DNA from: Candidatus Heimdallarchaeota archaeon
Lineage (GTDB): Archaea; Asgardarchaeota; Heimdallarchaeia; Heimdallarchaeales; Heimdallarchaeaceae
Direction: 5' to 3'
Length of the DNA stretch: 43,142 bases
Assembly (NCBI GenBank): GCA_019057815.1
Contig: JAHLWR010000029.1
Coordinates: forward strand, 1-43,142
Position 1 is the stretch's first letter. Each line of letters begins with the position of its first letter. Below, piece after piece: positions 37,994 through 43,142 of this stretch. The position numbers and the translations under genes are program-made. The notes under the pieces are model-generated. The model worked only from the letters and a program-made list of their open reading frames with translations, was not told the DNA's origin and did no database searches.

Positions 37994-39091
37994 TCAGAAA
38001 TTGTTGTCCAGTTTAATTGTACCATCAAAATACTTGTGAAACTCAGATGGTAGTTTTCTGAAGTTATAATTGTTGTAAATATCAGATAAATCTACTGAGC
38101 TTTTAGTATTCCAGAATAATAGTACTTCTTCTTTAGCTTTAGGATTATTTCTACAATAGTCAACTAAAGCACTCAAAGTTTTTCCAGTATAAACATATTC
38201 AAGTTTATATCCATCCTGTTCTGCAATAACAATAGCTTCTAAAGCTTCCTTCGTAGCTTTTCCATATTTTCCACCTGAATAACCATACTTGATTGTTAAC
38301 CTACTGTCAATTCTAGAAGAAATATTCGGGATATCAGGATCATATTTTCGCATGATTTCTAAAGCATTTCTTGCAAGATTCAATGTCCTTTCTTTTATGT
38401 ACTCATTTGAACTAGTAATATTTATACCAATAATTCTTGTTTTCAAACGGGCTAATTCCAAACCTAAAATAAGACCAGCACATGTAGCAAGTGAACCAGC
38501 TGCTATGAATATCTTATCAGGTTCTGGTATCTTTCCTTGTTCAACTTGTTCTGCTAGTTCTAAACCTGCATTTACAAATCCAAGTGTACCTAAAGGAGAA
38601 CTAGCTCCTGTAATAATGAAATACGATTTTCGATCAATAAAATTCTTGAATCGCATTTTCCTGTTTCTTTCATTTTCATTCTTCACTAGATGTAGTTTTG
38701 CTCCAAAATAGTGATGACATAGTAAATTTTCTCTGACATGTTGAGACAGAGGTTGGTCATTTAAATATAAGTGAGTTTCAAACCCAAGATCTTTAGAGTG
38801 AATAGTAGTAGCTAAACCATGATTAGTTCCTATTCCTCCCATTGTTAGTAACCTTGTTTTCTTCTTTTTCAATGCATCAGCAAAAACGAATTCATACTTA
38901 CGTGGCTTGTTTCCTCCATATTGCTCATGCGTCAAATCGTCTCTCTTAATCCAAACATTGGAATCACCTAGAATTTTACCTGTTCTAATCATCTGTTCTA
39001 CAGGAGTAGGAATATTAATTATTGAAATTCTCGGAATTTTCTTTAGTTTGGGAAATATCTTGAATAAAGGAAATTCGTCTTTCTTGTCCAT
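37994..39091 (-). CDS. PLP-dependent D-cysteine desulfhydrase / ACC deaminase family protein
   Basis: PTPVE, WIKRDD, YGGNKPRK (PLP lysine), GGIGTNH, LEYVYTGK. Confidence 0.92.
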   Translation of the reverse strand: MDKKDEFPLFKIFPKLKKIPRISIINIPTPVEQMIRTGKILGDSNVWIKRDDLTHEQYGGNKPRKYEFVFADALKKKKTRLLTMGGIGTNHGLATTIHSKDLGFETHLYLNDQPLSQHVRENLLCHHYFGAKLHLVKNENERNRKMRFKNFIDRKSYFIITGASSPLGTLGFVNAGLELAEQVEQGKIPEPDKIFIAAGSLATCAGLILGLELARLKTRIIGINITSSNEYIKERTLNLARNALEIMRKYDPDIPNISSRIDSRLTIKYGYSGGKYGKATKEALEAIVIAEQDGYKLEYVYTGKTLSALVDYCRNNPKAKEEVLLFWNTKSSVDLSDIYNNYNFRKLPSEFHKYFDGTIKLDNNF

Positions 39092-39370
39092 TTTCAGTGT
39101 AGTTTAGTTAAAAGAGATAAAACCATTTCGTTTAATGATTTGATTTTGTAATATTGGAATATACCACGATCTTCCTTAGAGCGTCATTGCTGGATAGTTT
39201 ACGACCGAATTAACAATATGATTTAATTGTGGAGTTATCTAATAAGGTCTCCCTTATTGTAAACTACGTTATTAAAACGAATACAAGACCTTCCTAGAAG
39301 ATAGGTTTTTTCAAGTAATCTCCTTTATCTTTCTATGTATCATATTTTTCTAATAAAATAATTAAAAAGA

Positions 39371-39709
39371 TTATATTGTGTTCAATAATTCGATTAACAG
39401 GGTTTTTATTTTTCTATTATCTTCTTTTATTACTTGCCAAGTTAATTGTAAATCTACTCCAAAATATTGATGAATCAGAATATCTCTCATACCAGCTATT
39501 TCTTTCCAAGGAATGTCAGATTTCATATTTTTTATCTCATCAGGAAGGTTTTTTACGGCTTCTCCAATTATTTCAAGCCTTCTGAAAACCGAATCTTGCA
39601 ATTGTATAGATTCCTTGAATTCTTTAAAATTTTTTCCTTGGATATAATCTTCAATGAGCTCTATTGACTCAATTATATGCTGCAAAAAAACTGTTGGGTC
39701 CTTAACCAT
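39371..39709 (-). CDS. HepT-like HEPN ribonuclease toxin (DUF86)
   Basis: LEIIGEA, IPWKEIAGM, RDILIHQY (Rx4HxY). Confidence 0.93.
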   Translation of the reverse strand: MVKDPTVFLQHIIESIELIEDYIQGKNFKEFKESIQLQDSVFRRLEIIGEAVKNLPDEIKNMKSDIPWKEIAGMRDILIHQYFGVDLQLTWQVIKEDNRKIKTLLIELLNTI

Positions 39710-40013
39710 AAATTACCACTTGTTCCGCCAATATTGACTGTTTAATGAGCGGGTTCAAAGAATCATATGTTAAAACATCTACTGATCGCGCTAATTGTTC
39801 TTCTAAATCAAATTTTAGTCTGACTAAGTCAAACAAGCTTTTAGTACCATTGAATTCGATTATAATATCTATATCGCTCTCCCTAGCTTCATCTCCTCTA
39901 GCAAATGAACCAAATAGTGAAGCTCTTTTAACATCATGTGCTTTAAGAATAGGATGAATTTTATTGATTAGCTCATTCGATTGTGTTTCCATTCTCTTCA
40001 ATAAATGAATCAA
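39702..40013 (-). CDS. MntA-like nucleotidyltransferase antitoxin
   Basis: LFGSFARGD...SDIDI, SLFDL, VDVLT; 8-nt overlap with the toxin gene. Confidence 0.93.
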   Translation of the reverse strand: MIHLLKRMETQSNELINKIHPILKAHDVKRASLFGSFARGDEARESDIDIIIEFNGTKSLFDLVRLKFDLEEQLARSVDVLTYDSLNPLIKQSILAEQVVIYG

Positions 40014-40087
40014 CTAAAAAGGATTATTAATTTATCTGTTGAATTAAAACACAATTCAATAGGTTCACAAAAGAGAAAAAATAGGTA

Positions 40088-40546
40088 TCAGTGTCTAGCA
40101 GATAGATAGAGACCCAGTTGGATACCTTCCGCTTTATACTTCTTTCTATCTTCTTTGAACTTCGTAAGATCTTTTTTACCTATCTTTCTAATCATAATTT
40201 CTTCTAGTTTTGAGTTTGGAATGCCTTGAATGAATTGATGATTGAGTAACATATCTATAGTCATTTGAAGAAATTTATAGCCTATTTTTGATAGTTCATA
40301 CTGGTTTTTCTTATTAAGCTTAATAATACCAAAATCGCGTAAATTAGCAATATAGCTATATAATAGATCTTGATCTAAATGTGAATATTCTATTTTCAAC
40401 GTTTTTATATTAGCAGGTTCAAACATTAGAAAAGATAGTAGTTCTATTGCTTCTTTATCATCTAATATCTCAAATAAATTCGATATTTCATCTTTTAAAT
40501 TAGCCAAAAAAAATTTGAAATCATCTCTAGAGAGTTTTCCGAACAT
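40088..40546 (-). CDS. Winged helix-turn-helix protein (ArsR/HxlR-like)
   Basis: L...I..L.DFGII....YELSKIG wing pattern. Confidence 0.6.
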   Translation of the reverse strand: MFGKLSRDDFKFFLANLKDEISNLFEILDDKEAIELLSFLMFEPANIKTLKIEYSHLDQDLLYSYIANLRDFGIIKLNKKNQYELSKIGYKFLQMTIDMLLNHQFIQGIPNSKLEEIMIRKIGKKDLTKFKEDRKKYKAEGIQLGLYLSARH

Positions 40547-40761
40547 GGTTTATCAAGCTAAAATATGAAAATCTCACTATATAAACTTAAGTAAATAGAA
40601 TTGAAAAACAAAGGAGAAATCCTTTAGCATGACTTCAGACACCATCTGATTTGATGTATTTTCTTTGTATATTGAATATTCTTAAAGATTCTTGGATATT
40701 TTCTGTTATTCTTTACGTTTTTCAAGTTAGGTTTTTATTCCTAAGTTTAGAATTATAATTA

Positions 40762-41766
40762 ATGAAGGTTTATCCAATAGCTTGTGAGTCTTTAGGAACG
40801 AGATCTTTCGCTCACATTGTTGTAACTGATGATGTTGTAATAATGATTGATCCTTCAGTTTCATTAGCACCCACTCGATTTGGATTATCTCCCCATCCTT
40901 TAGAAATTGCTGCTTCATGGAAATCAAGAAGAACGATTCTTGATTTAATCGATAAAGTTGATGTCATTGTTCAGACTCACTATCATGCTGATCATTTTAC
41001 TATGGGAGTTGAAAGAAATTATGAGTTTACTAATAGAAAGACATTTGAGGTTATTTATTCTCAGGATAAAATCATACTTGCTAAAGATTATAAACATCAT
41101 TTGAATTTCAATCAGCAGAAACGTGCAAAATGGCTTTGGAAAAAGAAAAATCTGGATATAAAAATAGCTGATTCGTCTGAATATGAGTTTGGGGAAACAA
41201 AAATTACTTTCTCCGATCCTGTGTTCCATGGAATAGATTCGAAGAGAGGATGTGTAGTTGAGACATTTATTGAAGATGACAAAAGTAGTTATCTTTATAG
41301 TTCTGATGTTTGTGGTCCTGCAACAAAGGAAGCAACAGATTTCGTTTTAGAAAAATCTCCTGATATAGTTACTCTAGATGGCCCAACTGTTTACCATCCT
41401 AATGTTACTCAAGAAGAAAAGGAAATTGCTTTCTCGAATCTTAAACTGATTGTTGATAATATTCCCAATGTTTACATAGATCATCATTTCCTTCGAATTA
41501 AAAATTGGTCTGAAATTTTGATAGATGAAATAGGTAAAGTTCTTCCTTCATTTAGTCAGTTAAACAATCAGAAACCCTTCCTATTGGAAGCAATGAGGAA
41601 AGAATTACATAAACAACATCCAGTGAATGAGGGATTTTATACAAATTTTAACAATGGAATCTACTCTAGAGAAAAATTCAATCAGTTATTGAGGGATTTT
41701 AAGTACTACAAATATTGGCTAAAACTGCGATCTGACGTTGAACTTGAGATTAAAAGAAGAATATAA
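40762..41766 (+). CDS. Metallo-beta-lactamase fold hydrolase, UPF0282 family
   Basis: ESLGTRS, IDPSVSLAPTRFGLSPHP, THYHADH, FHG, DGP, DHHFLR. Confidence 0.88.
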   Translation: MKVYPIACESLGTRSFAHIVVTDDVVIMIDPSVSLAPTRFGLSPHPLEIAASWKSRRTILDLIDKVDVIVQTHYHADHFTMGVERNYEFTNRKTFEVIYSQDKIILAKDYKHHLNFNQQKRAKWLWKKKNLDIKIADSSEYEFGETKITFSDPVFHGIDSKRGCVVETFIEDDKSSYLYSSDVCGPATKEATDFVLEKSPDIVTLDGPTVYHPNVTQEEKEIAFSNLKLIVDNIPNVYIDHHFLRIKNWSEILIDEIGKVLPSFSQLNNQKPFLLEAMRKELHKQHPVNEGFYTNFNNGIYSREKFNQLLRDFKYYKYWLKLRSDVELEIKRRI

Positions 41767-41911
41767 TAATAATATATTATTTACTTGCTAACTTAATGTC
41801 AACTTTAGTATGACAATTAGATTCAGAAACCATTTCTAAAAAAGGTCTAATTCAAATAAGAAAATCTACGAAATCTTTTTGTTTAATGAAAATAAAAAGA
41901 GTATGAGATAA

Positions 41912-42301
41912 ATGAAAAGATGGAAGGATTGGCTTCGTCAAGCAGAAAGAAAAATAGCATCTGCAGAGTGGTTAATAAAAGGCGAATTTTATGAGGATGT
42001 GTGTTTTTTCTCTCAACAAGCCGCAGAATTTGCGATTAAAGCCTTAGAGGACTTTAAAGGAGAAAGACATAGAGGTCATTCAGTTTATCTTCACATATCT
42101 AGATATTTTACTGATCAAAATCTTCTTGATATTTCAAGGAAACTTGATCAATATTATATTCCAACCAGATATCCAAATGGTTTCGATATTGGAGCACCAA
42201 TGGATTATTTTACAAAAGACCAAGCAGAGGAGGCAATTGAATTTGGAAAGGTTATCATTACTAGAATTAAGAAAGAAATTGAAGAACTACAAGCACATTA
42301 A
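41912..42301 (+). CDS. HEPN domain protein (COG2250 type)
   Basis: DWLRQAE, CFFSQQAAEFAIKA, GHS, LDQYYIPTRYPN. Confidence 0.92.
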   Translation: MKRWKDWLRQAERKIASAEWLIKGEFYEDVCFFSQQAAEFAIKALEDFKGERHRGHSVYLHISRYFTDQNLLDISRKLDQYYIPTRYPNGFDIGAPMDYFTKDQAEEAIEFGKVIITRIKKEIEELQAH

Positions 42302-42692
42302 TGAACTTGTATCTTTCATAGAAAAAGTAATCTACGAGTATAAACCATTAGCGGTTATCCTCTTTGGTTCACTTTCATCTGGCGAGTATTATATTGATTC
42401 AGATGCTGATATAATCGTAATCTCTCTAAAAAAGAGAGTTGACTTGCTAGAAGAAGGAATGAAAATAAAATGTTATGATGAATTGGGATTAGTTGATGTT
42501 TTAGTTTATGGTCACATACAATTTTCTAATATGATTGAAAATCATAATTTAGTTGCGATTGATTCTATAATGAAAGGTATCCTTGTTTTTAATCAAGAGC
42601 TACAAGAGTGGTTTAATATCAAAGAGAAAGCAGCATTAATGGAAAAATCAATTGTACCATTTGATGGTGGTTGGAAAATTATCACTGTATGA
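42279..42692 (+). CDS. MNT nucleotidyltransferase (the ORF-track start at 42126 is probably too far upstream)
   Basis: ILFGSLSSG...SDADIIVI; in-frame TTG at 42279 gives the usual short overlap with the HEPN gene. Confidence 0.82.
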   Translation: MKNYKHINELVSFIEKVIYEYKPLAVILFGSLSSGEYYIDSDADIIVISLKKRVDLLEEGMKIKCYDELGLVDVLVYGHIQFSNMIENHNLVAIDSIMKGILVFNQELQEWFNIKEKAALMEKSIVPFDGGWKIITV

Positions 42693-42770
42693 GCTGTTTC
42701 AATAGTATTTTAGAAATTGAAAAAAAATTTGAATTAGTTTATTAGATCCTAATACAGATAATTAATTATT

Positions 42771-42875
42771 AATCAGAAAAATGATAACTGTGCAAGTGCT
42801 GAACTTAGGGATCCAGATGATAATCTTATATTTTTTGACATACATGTTTCAGAGAAAGGGATTCTTGACACTTGA
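42771..42875 (+). pseudogene. C-terminal remnant of a VOC/glyoxalase-family gene
   Basis: Translates to NQKNDNCASAELRDPDDNLIFFDIHVSEKGILDT*, resembling the VOC DPDGN motif; no intact 5' part. Confidence 0.5.
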
Positions 42876-42928
42876 ATGTTGAGTGTTAAATCGTCGTGTT
42901 TAAATAGCAATTATATGGGTTGAGCTTT

Positions 42929-43142
42929 GTGCAATATAATAATAATCAGTCTAGAAATGGAGCGAAGGATTATGCAAAGAAACAACCTCCAAGTCGTTCT
43001 AGAAATAAACTAGGTTCCCCGTCTTATAACCAGTCATCCAACAGATATGATTCTAGGGACAGAAGACCGTCAGATAGAGGTTCCAAGGAACTTCATACTG
43101 TAATCTGCAGCAAGTGTAAGAAAGAAACACAAGTTCCTTTTA
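42929..43142 (+). CDS. CxxC-x17-CxxC zinc-binding domain protein, 5' part (runs off the window; absent from the ORF track)
   Basis: GTG 42929 (or TTG 42920) opens a frame MQYNNNQSRNG...RDRRPSDRGSKELHTVICSKCKKETQVPF; C..C....VPF matches the start of this domain. Confidence 0.78.
   Translation, partial: MQYNNNQSRNGAKDYAKKQPPSRSRNKLGSPSYNQSSNRYDSRDRRPSDRGSKELHTVICSKCKKETQVPF

Noticed and set aside
39092-39370. Intergenic stretch with hairpin AATAAGG-TCTC-CCTTATT (39241-39258); possible ncRNA or decayed gene
   Set aside because: Single short AT-rich stem; the minus-strand frame has several stops and no recognisable homology
42900-43142. Possible structured RNA gene, since GC is locally higher
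   Set aside because: Better explained by an open reading frame ending in a CxxC...VPF zinc-finger start

Overview
AT-rich (about 30% GC by eye), gene-dense archaeal chromosomal segment, most likely from an Asgard archaeon of Heimdallarchaeia type. This is an inference from the TPR-longin/roadblock fusion, the NosD-type surface protein paralogues, UPF0282, TATA-like promoters and oligo-T terminators. It holds about 37 CDSs: ABC transporter parts, an orphan gamma-class DNA methyltransferase, a bacterial-type NAD-dependent DNA ligase, four HEPN/MNT modules plus an orphan VapB-like antitoxin, several membrane-anchored surface proteins and hydrolases, a GBA2-like GH116 glucosidase and a glutaredoxin/ferredoxin:thioredoxin reductase pair. 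I saw no rRNA, tRNA, CRISPR array, transposase or integrase. The strongest candidate for a new system is a 669-aa protein. It fuses an apparently exported tandem SagB-type FMN nitroreductase, whose two halves keep complementary parts of one flavin site, to a ferric-reductase-like membrane domain with two H-x13-H pairs. This suggests a single-chain transmembrane electron conduit. Other highlights are a PIP-box-like motif inserted in LigA, a 40-bp direct repeat flanking the orphan antitoxin, and an 18-bp perfect palindrome upstream of the TPR-longin gene. All family calls come from motif recognition, not database searches.
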